Source: an uncultured virus (IMG/VR IMGVR_UViG_3300027573_000025) (Duplodnaviria > Heunggongvirae > Uroviricota > Caudoviricetes). From it: a stretch of DNA of 64,000 nt. A model generated the notes under the pieces. That model ran no database searches. It was not told the DNA's origin and saw only the letters and a list, made by a program, of their open reading frames with translations. A program made the position numbers and the translations under genes. Location: the IMG/VR virus record IMGVR_UViG_3300027573_000025. The stretch is one strand, 5' to 3'. This document shows, piece by piece, positions 17,368 through 28,301 of the stretch. Numbering within the stretch: position 1 is the first letter of the stretch; every line of letters begins with the position of its first letter.

Positions 17368-18357
17368 CTACTGGAACATTATTGGCGATACAGGTCGCGC
17401 CGTTGAATATACTGGAGTCTTGATTGCGTACCACCAGTATTTGACACCCGCGCTTTGCACGCTGGCGCTGGTGCCGATAGTGAATCCGGTGGCCGTGAAA
17501 CTTTGGATGAAATTTGTATTGCACGCGACGTTGGTTATAGGACAAGCGAAATCGCCGGTCATGGCGGAAGTGCGGAAGATGCCTACGCCAGCGTTGGTGT
17601 CGCTTTTGACAATAACGAGGTCAGGTTGAAAACCGACCGTGATTTCAAGCCCATCGGAGGGTGATCCCCCGGCGGTATAAGTTCCCGATGCCGTGTAATT
17701 GGTAACATCCTTGACGGACAGCGGATAATAATCGACGGTGCCGCCCGTGGCGTCGTTGACAATAACATCGGTGCCTATCTCGAAGCCGTCGGCGTTAAGT
17801 GCTTGAATTAAATTAGCAGCAGTTGGCGATGCGGCAAAACGGAGCGATGAATCACCCTCACCTGACATGGCGCTAACACGCCATGTATTTGCATTATCGG
17901 ACTCACTTAAAATTATAACCGCGCCCGGTTGAAATGCCGGACTGATGACAATATCGCGGGTGTCTATACCGTCGCCAACGTAAGTTCCCACCGCCAGATC
18001 GTTGTTGGCATCGGCGCCCCAAGCAACGTAAAAGCAATTGTCGGTGCCGCTGACATTGGTTGTGGTGCTTGTCCCGACTTGGAACGTGCCGGTGCCAATA
18101 GACTGAATCTTATTAGTGGTGATGCCACCACCACCCCCTAAATCATCTGCTCCATCGCCCGCTATGGACGACGTTTTCATCGTTGCGTGTGTCGCGCCGT
18201 CGCATTTTATCATCAAGGCGGATATGGCAAACGACGCCACCGTGGAGATGTTGCGGTCGTCAGCGCCGCTGCCGCTGTACATGCCGACCTCGAAGCGAAA
18301 GGCATACGCAGGACAAGCGAGCAATAACGATAGAAGTGCGGCAAGTATAGGTTTCAT
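17368..18357 (-). CDS. Signal-peptide-bearing tail-fibre-like protein with three internal repeats
   Basis: AYA signal; repeated GTY.G.G...GFQPDLVIVK units. Confidence 0.75.
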   Translation of the reverse strand: MKPILAALLSLLLACPAYAFRFEVGMYSGSGADDRNISTVASFAISALMIKCDGATHATMKTSSIAGDGADDLGGGGGITTNKIQSIGTGTFQVGTSTTTNVSGTDNCFYVAWGADANNDLAVGTYVGDGIDTRDIVISPAFQPGAVIILSESDNANTWRVSAMSGEGDSSLRFAASPTAANLIQALNADGFEIGTDVIVNDATGGTVDYYPLSVKDVTNYTASGTYTAGGSPSDGLEITVGFQPDLVIVKSDTNAGVGIFRTSAMTGDFACPITNVACNTNFIQSFTATGFTIGTSASVQSAGVKYWWYAIKTPVYSTARPVSPIMFQ

Positions 18358-20150
18358 TAGTCGCTCAAGCTGGTGACGCTGTATTCCATCGTAAACCCAA
18401 GGTGGTGCAGCGTAGCCACCGCCGTTGTAGTGCCTGCCGCGTCAAGCTGATAGCGAAATTGCAACAGTCTTGATGTGCCCGCCGTGCAAGTGCCGTTAGG
18501 TGTGACGGCTGCGCTGGTGGTGATGTCGATGGCGTTGCTACCCGTCACCGCCGCATCGTCTATCGCTATCTCGGTTCCCCAAGTGTTGTTGATGGTAGCC
18601 GCTGCCAGTCTGCACGATGCCGCTATGTCGCCGTTTAACACGCCGGTATCCGCCGCTGTCTGGACGTAGCGGTGCGCGAAGGTCACGGTGCCGCCGTCCC
18701 ATGACTTAGGCATGACGGCTTCGCCGTAGATGCTGGACGCATCGTTATCAGTGCAGATGATGGTGTACCTTGGAGCGCCGCTATTGATGGTTGCCAGCGC
18801 CGGTGATGCGCATTGCGCTGTGTCCGTGGTCAGTGATGCCGCCGGGAAGTCTACGGTCTTGGTCGGCTTGTAGGCGGTGCCGAAAGTGTACTTACCTAAC
18901 TGTGATGCCGCGTCGGGGTCAATGGTCAGTATCGCCGCCGCTCCTTCGGTATCGTAAAACCCGCAGACTTGGTTGGTCATGCAAGTGAAGTAACGGTCAG
19001 CCGCAACACTCGGCTCTATCACCATCTGGTTAGCGTCGGTAACATAGATTTTAATTGCCACCGTTCCATTACCAAACTCACAAGGGTCGGCTTCGGTGCA
19101 TTTGGTGGTGGTGTTGCCCGCCGTCATTACGGTTTCGAGGGTCGGTGTCGTTGCGCCACTTACGCCCGATAGCGCCAAGTCCCATGTCCCACCGCCCTGA
19201 TTCCACACGCAGCGATTGCGGTAAGTGCCCCCGCCTACTTCGCAATCGGTCGTCGCCAGCGCATCGGTGACGGTCACTTCTTGGCCGTCCACTGGCGTAA
19301 CCGGAAGCGTAGCCACGGTAACAAGCGGAGGTATCCATCCCGCCGCTGCCAGTGCGCTTGAGGTGGTAGCCGTCGCCGCATTGCCGCTTACGTTGCCGGT
19401 GACATTGCCAGTCAGCGCCGCCGTGATGGTGCCGGCGGCAAAGTTACCGCTGCCATCCCTGGCGACTATCTGGCTTGCCGTGTTGGTGGTCGTCGCCCCA
19501 TGCGCCCCGGTGCCGGTAAGCGCGGTATGCGTATTCATTTCGGTCTGAGTCGTTACGTCGAAACAGCCCTCCACTGCGCCCGCCGCATCCACCCCAAGAG
19601 GCGCACTTCCAGCCGAGCAGTTGACGCCATTAGCCGACAATGCCGGCACTGTGGTAATGGCTTGCCAGGTATTGTCACCGCGTAGGTAATTGGTGGCGTC
19701 CGGTGTACCCGAGCCTAGCCGCGCTGCCGCTGCCGTGCCGGTGGTAAGTTGTGAAGCGTTTAAGGCGGTCAGCCCGGCGCCTGAGCCGGTCGGTGCCACA
19801 TAGTCGGTGCCCGCTGCGGCAATGGACTGGACGCCGGTGCCGGTCTGGTTCTTGACGATGCCGGTGGCTAGGGTAGACATGGCCTGTTCATTGTCTAGCC
19901 CGGCGTCGGGGGTCTGAGTAAGATAAGTCGCCGTCGTTGGAGAGCCTGAGCCGCTGGTGTCCACGTCCACCCATGCCGCCGAGCGGTAAATGTAAAGGTG
20001 CCCCGAGGTGCGCCCGCTGACCGTTGTGGTTTGCGTGCAGACATCACCCTCTTCCGGTCCGACCACCGTGCCGCAGTCGGTGCGCGTGTAGTAGGTGGCA
20101 AACGCCGGGGAGGCGATAAGCAGGAATAGTAGGAGTAGGAGTTTTTTCAT
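18357..20150 (-). CDS. Signal-peptide-bearing tail-fibre-like protein
   Basis: AFA signal; fibre motifs YLRGDNTW and IVARDGSGNFAAGTITA. Confidence 0.75.
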   Translation of the reverse strand: MKKLLLLLFLLIASPAFATYYTRTDCGTVVGPEEGDVCTQTTTVSGRTSGHLYIYRSAAWVDVDTSGSGSPTTATYLTQTPDAGLDNEQAMSTLATGIVKNQTGTGVQSIAAAGTDYVAPTGSGAGLTALNASQLTTGTAAAARLGSGTPDATNYLRGDNTWQAITTVPALSANGVNCSAGSAPLGVDAAGAVEGCFDVTTQTEMNTHTALTGTGAHGATTTNTASQIVARDGSGNFAAGTITAALTGNVTGNVSGNAATATTSSALAAAGWIPPLVTVATLPVTPVDGQEVTVTDALATTDCEVGGGTYRNRCVWNQGGGTWDLALSGVSGATTPTLETVMTAGNTTTKCTEADPCEFGNGTVAIKIYVTDANQMVIEPSVAADRYFTCMTNQVCGFYDTEGAAAILTIDPDAASQLGKYTFGTAYKPTKTVDFPAASLTTDTAQCASPALATINSGAPRYTIICTDNDASSIYGEAVMPKSWDGGTVTFAHRYVQTAADTGVLNGDIAASCRLAAATINNTWGTEIAIDDAAVTGSNAIDITTSAAVTPNGTCTAGTSRLLQFRYQLDAAGTTTAVATLHHLGFTMEYSVTSLSD

Positions 20151-23100
20151 CGTCTTCTTTCCCCTCTGCCGCTCTTTTCCTTAGCGGGAAACATAACACC
20201 CTCAAGAGTATCGAGTCCGAATGCCGTGCCGGGAATACCCTTGCCAATAACCGCACCTACCTTGACGGCTTGGAATGCCGCTTGTGCCAGCTTACGCCGC
20301 TTTTCCTCTGCCGATAACTCCTGGGTACCCGGCGCCTTGGTATAGGCGCCCAACGCGCCGATGCTGTCCCGGATGGTGTCGTTTAGCATCTTCTGAATTG
20401 GTATCTCCGAACTGCCGCCGTGAGCGGCCACTATATTAAAGACATTGCCGAAGAATGGCACGTCGGATGCCAGCCCGAATATGGCTTTCACCCAACCCGG
20501 CCAGCGGTTTTCCTGACGGTTACGCCTGAATGTTAGCTCGTAAAGAAACTCTCTTACTTCATTATCCGACGCTCTACCGGCAATGAGAAAGCCAACGGCT
20601 ATCAATGCGCCTATCTTCTTCTTCGCCGTGCCGTCAATGACACCACGTTTGACAATATCGTAAGTTGTTAAGCCAAAGCTGTTGACCATAAATGTCTGGA
20701 ACGTCAGGAAGGTTTTCGCCGTCTCGCCGCGGGAGAATATCAGCGGTCGGGATGCCACATCGGAACTTGCGGCTACCATCAAGGTAACGGTTTCAGCTTC
20801 TAGGTGAGCGTTTTCAACGCCGCGTTTATTGAGAATGTTCTCGATTGCTTGTTGCGTGCCGGCGGTGGTTCGCATGTCCGGCTTTTGTATTAACTTCATC
20901 GCCGCCCGTTTGAACTTGTTGAGTCTGGTAGTGGCGGGTGAATCTTGCAGCAACTCAGCCAAGGCGACTTCGCCGCCAGCCCGCATTTGCAGGGAGTGAG
21001 AGGCTTCGACTATTTTGTTGAAGTGACTTGTCGACACCCAGGTTTTAGCGAACTCGGACAATGCTTCGCCCGCTGTTGCCGGTCCATACTCCGCGCTCAT
21101 ATAAGCTAAGGTTTGAAATAGCGCCAACGGCTGGACAAGGATAGTCGATGGGCGAAGCCCTAGCACGCCGGTCGTCATGTTGTTGCGGGCGCCCTTTAGA
21201 AACTGATGGACTCCCGGCATACTACGCCGCGATGCCGCCGCACCAGCCGAGATGCCATGACGCGCAACAATATCCAGATAAGCGGTCCACCAAGTCGACA
21301 CCGATTGCCCGGCTTGGGCAACGTATTCCTTGGACTTTACCACACGCTTGATGTTGTCTATTTCCGGCTGGACTTCCAAGAACCATTCTTGCTCGGCGAG
21401 CGCCTGCTCCAACATACTCCATAGGTCAATGCGCGGGGGCTTGGTCACACCCTCGACGCGCTCAATGCCGAAGCCCTGCGGCACGTTGGTTTTCTCGTGC
21501 GGGTCGGCTACGTCCTCGATGCCGGTGTTGAACTCACCCTCGTAATACAGCGGTAGGATATAGCGGTCTCGTTTGACGAATGGCACGTTGTGGCGTTCTT
21601 CCCATAATGCCGCCACTTCCGCGACACGCTCGTTGGTGCTTTTCTCCAACGCTTCGACTAAGCGCATTTCCTGCTGTGTCAGTGGCGCCAACGAGGTCCA
21701 GCCAAACCTTTCCATAATAGTTTGCGCTGCCATAGGCGAGCCTTCGAGGATACGGATATTGGCGACTATCCTGCCAAGGTTCTCATCGCTCAAGTCCATG
21801 GTCTTAAAACCTAGACGGTCGGCTTCTTCCATGACTTCAGCAAGACGCGCATGGTGCTGCCATTCCGCCTCGGTTGCCTTCGCCACCATTTGCCTGACTG
21901 CCAGATAGTTCCAACCCCGTTCGGCTTTAGAGCCGTCGACAAGCCTACCAACACGCATTGGCGACAAAATATTCAAATAGCCTGTCAGCATCCCGCCCTT
22001 GGTCGCTTGCCACATGCCCTCTTTGCCGGAGGTGGCGGCGTCAAGGTTGTGAGTCGATGCCACGGCTTCGGCTATCGCCTTCTCGCGCATACGTTGGTTA
22101 TACTTGGTCCATAACTTACGCTTGAGTTTGCCTAGCTCGAATAGATGCTCGGCCATGTCGCGCAAGTCTTTCAAGTCCTGGATACTCATATCCTCGGGCT
22201 GGCGCATCTCCAGCCGTTCAATGTCGGCCAGCATCTTCGGACTCACACCGGACGGCATCCCGTTTCTCTCAGCGAATGCCGCCAGCGATAACAACCGCTC
22301 GCGGGTCTTTGGCCCTATCTTCTTTAGGTTGATGTCCTCTAGTAACTCGGTGATGCGCTTTTGGTAGTCAACGTCTATTCTCCCCATGTGCGACTTAAAG
22401 TTAACCAAGTCGTCGACTATTTCCTGGCGGGTAGCGAGTTCACTAGCCGCGTCGATACGGTCCATGATGTCGTTGACGCGCTTATGGGTGAGTTTGCCGG
22501 CCAACGCTTCGAGATACTTGCCCTTCATGGTGGCGGGAATATCGGACTCATGGATCATCTTGATAAGAGCCTTGGCGGTGGCAAGCCGTTCTTCTTCCTT
22601 GGCTTTATAGGCAACCGTCAACTCGCGGTTAGTCAAACGCTCGCCTAGCTTGAATCCTTCTCTAAAACCAAACCCTTCGGCTTTCACCTTGGCCTTGATG
22701 ACAATCTCTTGCATGTCAGCCATCGCCGCCTTGACGCCATCTTTGTTACCCGCGGCATAGGCTTCTTTAGCCATGCGCTCTGCCATCTTCATTGCGCCGT
22801 GCAACGCCTCGTCCTCACGGATAGTTTTGACAATGCGCTTCTGCCCGGTGGTGAGTCTGACCTGCGCCTTGACATCCTTGGCCGGCATCTTGGCGCCTTC
22901 GACTGCCTTTGTCTCCGCCAATGCTTCTTCGCCCAGGTCGACACCGGACGGTATACCGGCGCCCACCATGTCGATAGACTGGTTCCATATGTTATCTAGG
23001 TGAGGCTTAACCCACTCACCGAAGCGGTCAATCATGGCATTGGACCACTCGGCAAAAGTGCGGATGCCGCGCTCGATATGATATGCGCCTATCTTTACAA

Positions 23101-24694
23101 GGTCGCCCAATACAAATGGATCAACGCCAGCGTGTAAGCCGGTAGTCTTTTCCTTGAGGGATGCCAATGCGGCTTGGTAGGTTTCTTCGGAGATAATGAA
23201 GTTTTGTACTGGTGCCGTTTCCTCTACCGTTATCGTCGGCTCATCGCTTAGTAACTCATCAACCGAAGTGGCACCGCTGGCAACCGCCTCCATGGTCTGC
23301 TCGTTTACCAGCGCGTCAATATCGCCCTGCGGGATAATGTCGGCAACATCTTCTTGCTCGGCAATGTAGTCGTCTACCGCTTTTTGAATTTCCTCTTGTG
23401 TCGGTTGCGGCGGTGGCTTGCCCTCGGCCAAGTCTTTCATTTCCTTGGTCACTTGGTCTATATGCGCTTCGCCCTCGGGTGTGGCGGCGATGGTGTCTAA
23501 CGCACTGACCGTAGCATCATGCTCATCCATGCCGGCAGTCAACCCGGCTTGCACCTGCGCGTCATACTCGGCGCGTAATCCTTCCTTCATGGTGTCGACA
23601 ACCCTATCGGTCACGCCGGTAAACACGCTGCCGGCGCCCTGCATTCCTAAGCCCATGACGGTTGCCAGCACTACCGCGTCCTGCATCTCCGGGTTGAAAC
23701 GCCTCAGCTTGTCCATGACCGTGCCACCCTCGGCGGCGACCTGTTGAAAGGCTGTCTGCGTGGCTTCTTCACCCGGTTCAATAGCTCCAGCTGCGCCTAT
23801 CTTTGCCGCGCCTAACGCGCTACGGACTATCGAGGATGCTGCTATCCTTTGCGCCATGACGGTCGGGGCAACCGCGCTTATCATCTTGCCCATCGGCGTT
23901 ATCATTGCACCGATTTGCGCGGCGTTTGAACCGATAAGTAGTTTCAAGTTGTTGTTGAAAACATATTCAGCCTGGCGCTGCACTTCATCTTCCGGTAGTC
24001 CCTTGCGCCGCGCTTCCTCCACGGTCTGACCCGCCTCGAAAGCTGCTTCAATCGGTCCCGTAATTAGACCGCCGAATAACCCCGTCAACACTATTTTGCC
24101 AAACATCCCCAAACCCAAGGCACCGGCAGTGGTTAAGCCTGCATACCCGGCAACAATGGCTGCTGGTACAAGCGATAATGACGATGTGACACCCTCGACG
24201 GCTACCGTCGATAACCATTCCGGCGATATGAAACGCTTCCATGTAACATCGTTCACCGCCACTGTTGGATTATAGGAGTTGGCAAGCTGGCGCCCGTAGA
24301 TACGGTATACATCGGCTTGCTCTTTGCTGTAGCCTATCAACTCCATCGCATGACCGAGATTTGTATACTGGTTCCCGGTGCTGCGCATAATGGACTTGCC
24401 TATCTCGCTGGTCCAACTTGGATTCTGCTTGTTCAACTCGGCGGTGAATGTTTCCTCACCGTCATAGGCCATGCCAAACGGGAGGTCGAATGTCGCTGAT
24501 ATAGCCTTCGCTCTCTTGATTTTCTCCCAATCGCCCAACACCATCGGCGGCGCGTCGACTGCTGGCGATGGTTGATTCATCTCAAGAATAGGGAAACGCG
24601 GTTGCGCACGCTGCCCGGTCCATGCGCTAGGATTACTGTCGCCGTCGTTAAAGACGGTGCTTAGGTCAATTTGTTGTAAAGGCGTGTTTTCCAT
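20147..24694 (-). CDS. Large internal virion (ejection) protein
   Basis: 1515 aa, helical with hydrophobic patches; position typical of podovirus core proteins. Confidence 0.65.
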   Translation of the reverse strand: MENTPLQQIDLSTVFNDGDSNPSAWTGQRAQPRFPILEMNQPSPAVDAPPMVLGDWEKIKRAKAISATFDLPFGMAYDGEETFTAELNKQNPSWTSEIGKSIMRSTGNQYTNLGHAMELIGYSKEQADVYRIYGRQLANSYNPTVAVNDVTWKRFISPEWLSTVAVEGVTSSLSLVPAAIVAGYAGLTTAGALGLGMFGKIVLTGLFGGLITGPIEAAFEAGQTVEEARRKGLPEDEVQRQAEYVFNNNLKLLIGSNAAQIGAMITPMGKMISAVAPTVMAQRIAASSIVRSALGAAKIGAAGAIEPGEEATQTAFQQVAAEGGTVMDKLRRFNPEMQDAVVLATVMGLGMQGAGSVFTGVTDRVVDTMKEGLRAEYDAQVQAGLTAGMDEHDATVSALDTIAATPEGEAHIDQVTKEMKDLAEGKPPPQPTQEEIQKAVDDYIAEQEDVADIIPQGDIDALVNEQTMEAVASGATSVDELLSDEPTITVEETAPVQNFIISEETYQAALASLKEKTTGLHAGVDPFVLGDLVKIGAYHIERGIRTFAEWSNAMIDRFGEWVKPHLDNIWNQSIDMVGAGIPSGVDLGEEALAETKAVEGAKMPAKDVKAQVRLTTGQKRIVKTIREDEALHGAMKMAERMAKEAYAAGNKDGVKAAMADMQEIVIKAKVKAEGFGFREGFKLGERLTNRELTVAYKAKEEERLATAKALIKMIHESDIPATMKGKYLEALAGKLTHKRVNDIMDRIDAASELATRQEIVDDLVNFKSHMGRIDVDYQKRITELLEDINLKKIGPKTRERLLSLAAFAERNGMPSGVSPKMLADIERLEMRQPEDMSIQDLKDLRDMAEHLFELGKLKRKLWTKYNQRMREKAIAEAVASTHNLDAATSGKEGMWQATKGGMLTGYLNILSPMRVGRLVDGSKAERGWNYLAVRQMVAKATEAEWQHHARLAEVMEEADRLGFKTMDLSDENLGRIVANIRILEGSPMAAQTIMERFGWTSLAPLTQQEMRLVEALEKSTNERVAEVAALWEERHNVPFVKRDRYILPLYYEGEFNTGIEDVADPHEKTNVPQGFGIERVEGVTKPPRIDLWSMLEQALAEQEWFLEVQPEIDNIKRVVKSKEYVAQAGQSVSTWWTAYLDIVARHGISAGAAASRRSMPGVHQFLKGARNNMTTGVLGLRPSTILVQPLALFQTLAYMSAEYGPATAGEALSEFAKTWVSTSHFNKIVEASHSLQMRAGGEVALAELLQDSPATTRLNKFKRAAMKLIQKPDMRTTAGTQQAIENILNKRGVENAHLEAETVTLMVAASSDVASRPLIFSRGETAKTFLTFQTFMVNSFGLTTYDIVKRGVIDGTAKKKIGALIAVGFLIAGRASDNEVREFLYELTFRRNRQENRWPGWVKAIFGLASDVPFFGNVFNIVAAHGGSSEIPIQKMLNDTIRDSIGALGAYTKAPGTQELSAEEKRRKLAQAAFQAVKVGAVIGKGIPGTAFGLDTLEGVMFPAKEKSGRGERRR

Positions 24695-26535
24695 TACCTT
24701 GCCCGTGGCGACGGATTACCGATATGAATATGCGGTCCGGTGGATTGCCCAGGCACCGCCCTATCGTATGCAATGAACGGTATCCCTTGAGTGTCGAGCC
24801 ATGCCATTAGTACCTGGCCCTCTTTAGTCGTTGGACTTAGGGAAACATCCATTGAGCGCGTATGGTCGAATTTCAATTTGTCGTGCGTGCCGCTCTGCCC
24901 TTGTGCGCTTACCGGCAACTCCTTATTGAACGTAGACTTAAAAAACTGCTTGACCTTCGGCACCAAGACGGCCAAGTCGGGAACGGTAAGCGTCTTAGCC
25001 CCCGGCCCAGGTGGTCCTGGCTTGGTGGGGTCTTGACCGGTGAATGCGCGGCCTTGCGCATCGCGTATCTCTTGCGGTGTCTTGGGTCGGGTGTACTCGA
25101 ACATACCAACACCACTAAACGGCATCCATCTCTGTCCCCATGTCGTGACAGTCTCATTGTAAAACGGCTGCATCTCGGTCTGTAACGCTTTGCGCGGGTC
25201 TATTTTGTTCTTCTCTGCCAGTACCATTCTATCTAGTACAGCTTGCGCTCGCCGGTCATTCTCGGCAACCATCGCCGCTTGACCTATCTGGTCCTTGTCC
25301 TTGTTTCTAAAGATTACTAATTCCTCGGCATTGAGAAACGCGCCCATTTTGCGCTGCTCATCCCATGATGACCGCGCTTGCGCCATTGGCGTCATGCGAC
25401 CATCGCCGCCTTCTTTTAACCGCCGCTCGCGCAACCCCTCAATAGACTCGGCATCCTTTGCCGATAATCCCCTGCCAATATACTGAGTAATATCCGTGGT
25501 GCTCCACTTCTCCGGTGCCTCCAAGACACCCTTCATTACATGGGCAAGCACGTCGCCTTGAGACTTGAAGAATGGCGAGTCCTCGCCGCTCTGCTGCGCC
25601 TTAATTGCCGAGTCGAATACGGTTTTCCAATGGTTAAGTGACTTGAAGTCTAACGCCCCGGCGTTCTTGAATACCGTCTCGCGCAAGGCAAACAGGTTGA
25701 CGTTATCCGCCGCGCTGGCAACGATGATGTCCCTGTTGAGATTGTCAATGCGCTGCTGTTCCGCCCGCTCCGCGCCAATGCGCATCAAGTTCATTGACTC
25801 TTGCGCCCTTCCCCTGGCAGTGTTACGCGCCGAGGCGTCTAGTGTCGGGAATTGCTTGGGGTCTTTAAGAGCCTCAATAAGTTGCGCCGGCGTGCGCTCA
25901 GCCATCCAGCTTACCCGCTCTTTGTCGGCATCCCTTAAAAACTCCTGGTGCATCGCCACCGCTTCCTCACGTGTGTAAGTGGACGGGATAGGCTGCCCGC
26001 CGGCATCGAGCGGAGTCGACGCGCTTAACAGCAGACCGCTAGCCTTCGCCATCAACTCGGCTTGCTCTTTATTGGTCTGCGCCCCGCCGTACTGTATGGC
26101 GATGTCTTTCAACTCTGCCTTGACGCCTATCTGTTGGCGGTTATGGCTTGCCTTTATTCCCGCTGTGCTGATGTCGATGATATGGTTGTCGTAGCTACGC
26201 GCCGACTGGAAGTTAAAGACGCTTTGAATTTCCTTGTCTTGGATACCATCGGACATCTGCTTGCGCAGCGCCGCTTCTTCGGCTTGAAATGTGGAGCGCC
26301 AGGTAAGCGGGTCGGCATTCTCCGCCATGACTTTATTCTTCAAGTCGTTTACGGCGATGTTGTACTGCGACTCCATCTGTGCCGCTTCAATCGGTAGCTG
26401 CTTCTGGCGCATCCCTTCGGTGACGCGGGCAAGCGTACCCCACACCCCCGCGCCGAAGTCATCCGGCGTAGTCCTAGCCATCGGCCCGGAGAACGGGATA
26501 TTAGGAGTCGCGTAAATTCTCGGTAGATCGGCGAT
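24694..26535 (-). CDS. Internal virion protein with C-terminal M15/DD-peptidase-like domain; probable non-AUG start
   Basis: DH...SMD and GPHIHI Zn-peptidase-like motifs; GGAGG 8 nt before ATC 26535. Confidence 0.65.
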   Translation of the reverse strand: MADLPRIYATPNIPFSGPMARTTPDDFGAGVWGTLARVTEGMRQKQLPIEAAQMESQYNIAVNDLKNKVMAENADPLTWRSTFQAEEAALRKQMSDGIQDKEIQSVFNFQSARSYDNHIIDISTAGIKASHNRQQIGVKAELKDIAIQYGGAQTNKEQAELMAKASGLLLSASTPLDAGGQPIPSTYTREEAVAMHQEFLRDADKERVSWMAERTPAQLIEALKDPKQFPTLDASARNTARGRAQESMNLMRIGAERAEQQRIDNLNRDIIVASAADNVNLFALRETVFKNAGALDFKSLNHWKTVFDSAIKAQQSGEDSPFFKSQGDVLAHVMKGVLEAPEKWSTTDITQYIGRGLSAKDAESIEGLRERRLKEGGDGRMTPMAQARSSWDEQRKMGAFLNAEELVIFRNKDKDQIGQAAMVAENDRRAQAVLDRMVLAEKNKIDPRKALQTEMQPFYNETVTTWGQRWMPFSGVGMFEYTRPKTPQEIRDAQGRAFTGQDPTKPGPPGPGAKTLTVPDLAVLVPKVKQFFKSTFNKELPVSAQGQSGTHDKLKFDHTRSMDVSLSPTTKEGQVLMAWLDTQGIPFIAYDRAVPGQSTGPHIHIGNPSPRAR

Positions 26536-26548
26536 GACCGTATCCTCC

Positions 26549-27265
26549 CTAGATTGCAACCTCAAAGGTCAGAGTACCGCCAGCCGCCGGCGCCTCGTCG
26601 GTCAAGCCAACGGTAATGTCATTGGCCGTTTGACTGACCACCTTAAACGCCGTGTGAAACGTCGAGCTAAAACCGATAATCTTGGCGTTACTGTCATTGA
26701 GTCCATGCGTCACCACCGCTGAAATATCAGCCGGCGCTAAGACCACATCGACCACGGTATGAGTTATTGCCAAGGCTGAAGCCAAGACGTTTGTGACCAT
26801 GGTTTCAGCGGTATTCCACCTGAGTATCTGTCCAGCCTCGGGGTCTTCCACAGTGATGTCGACCACGGTTGAAGTCGTCGGGAAGTGAAGCGCCTTACGC
26901 GCTAAGTACGTCAATTCCTGGGCCATCATGGTAAGCCGGTCGAATACTTCCTCGAATACCGATGATGGTATCGGCGCCCCTTCTTCGAGATGGACTAGCT
27001 GAGTCAAGGCGGTCTGCCGGGTGAGAAACAACTCCGTGCCGCTTTCCAAGGCTGTCGCCAGGACTAGCTGCCCGCCCGCCGGGTTATTCACATAGGCGTT
27101 GGCAATGGTGTAGTCGGTATCGAGTACCAAGTCAGTGACGGTGCCGCCGCTGGTCTTGGTCTGTACCAGTATGTCGGCTTTCCTGAGTATCCTAAACGTG
27201 AAGGCGTAGTCAGTCAGTAAGCCGGTGCCGACGTAGTAGTCGGGAGTGAAAGCAGACTGAATCAT
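26549..27265 (-). CDS. T7 gp17-like tail fibre attachment (adaptor) protein
   Basis: Y.G.G....YAFTF, L.LDTDYTI and FDRLTMMAQE motifs; short, with no receptor domain. Confidence 0.75.
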   Translation of the reverse strand: MIQSAFTPDYYVGTGLLTDYAFTFRILRKADILVQTKTSGGTVTDLVLDTDYTIANAYVNNPAGGQLVLATALESGTELFLTRQTALTQLVHLEEGAPIPSSVFEEVFDRLTMMAQELTYLARKALHFPTTSTVVDITVEDPEAGQILRWNTAETMVTNVLASALAITHTVVDVVLAPADISAVVTHGLNDSNAKIIGFSSTFHTAFKVVSQTANDITVGLTDEAPAAGGTLTFEVAI

Positions 27266-27879
27266 GCGAGTAACCTCGATCCTAGACTTTTCATAGCCGG
27301 TGCCGACGCACCGATAATGCCGCTCCAAAGGTCAGATTCACCGCCGCGTCTTGCCACCCTTGCCTGCTCTTTGTAGCCGGTGGCGCCTATCTCGCCTTTG
27401 TAATATTCCATTTGCGACTCGATAGCCGCGTTTTTAACGCTGTCCAAATAGACCAACATGGGCGAGCCGGAGAAGGTCGTGCCCTGCGCTCCCACCTGTG
27501 CGCGTATCTCGCCAAGTTGAGCGCGCCCCCTGGCATCCGATAGGTTCTTGTTGGCGGCGCCTACCATCTTGGCTTGCCTACCAGCTTCTTTCAGATAGGC
27601 AGCGTTGGTATTGCCGGAAGCGTAGCCGCTCACGCCTTGGAGTAGGGTAGCGCCCTGGTAGGCGTATTGGAGTGCCTGGCCTGCGGTGATGCCTGCTGTT
27701 TGTGCTGCCGCTGCCGATTGCCCCGCCGCTGTTACTGACCCCGCCGTTGAGCCAGCTTGAGCCAGTGCAGCGTTCTCTGCCGCCATGGTTGCTGCTGAAG
27801 TAGCCGCCGAGGATGCAGCCGATGAAGCCGCTGCCGAAGCGCCAGCCTCATAGCCGAAAAACTCCAATATGCCAGTCAT
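27262..27879 (-). CDS. Small internal virion protein (T7 gp14-like position)
   Basis: Ala/Gly-rich; GAQG..FSGSP motif. Confidence 0.65.
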   Translation of the reverse strand: MTGILEFFGYEAGASAAASSAASSAATSAATMAAENAALAQAGSTAGSVTAAGQSAAAAQTAGITAGQALQYAYQGATLLQGVSGYASGNTNAAYLKEAGRQAKMVGAANKNLSDARGRAQLGEIRAQVGAQGTTFSGSPMLVYLDSVKNAAIESQMEYYKGEIGATGYKEQARVARRGGESDLWSGIIGASAPAMKSLGSRLLA

Positions 27880-28301
27880 GTCTGCCTCACCATTAGCTTC
27901 ATATCCGGCGTAAGTTTCTTAAACACTTCGGGATATTTGCATTCGTCTGGTTTCACATACTTAAAGCCTAGCGCCACAAGCCATCGCTCATTCTCGGGTT
28001 TACAAGCGGCGTAGACTTCTTCCAGCTTTGCCGAGTGCTTGTCGAGTAACTGCCTTACCAGCCGGTGCATGGTCAGCGGGTAAACGCGCCTGAGTAACGG
28101 GGTGAAGTAAGTCCATGCCTCGCCTATGCCCGGTCGTTGCACCGACAAGCCTGCGGCGCCAATCGCCATGCCGTGCAGGTAAACGGTGTAGCCGACTCCG
28201 CTTTCCTGCGCCCGCCATGCCATACGGTAAAGCTCCTCGTCGGCATCGGGCACGATGTCGAATAAATGAGCGGCGCGGAATGGTATTAGTTCTAGCTTCG
28301 T
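27876..28301 (-). CDS. GNAT-like tail assembly protein (T7 gp13-like position); start uncertain (ACG 28301 or TTG 28325)
   Basis: IGAAGL...GEAW, RWLVALGF; follows tail tube B. Confidence 0.7.
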   Translation of the reverse strand, partial: TKLELIPFRAAHLFDIVPDADEELYRMAWRAQESGVGYTVYLHGMAIGAAGLSVQRPGIGEAWTYFTPLLRRVYPLTMHRLVRQLLDKHSAKLEEVYAACKPENERWLVALGFKYVKPDECKYPEVFKKLTPDMKLMVRQT

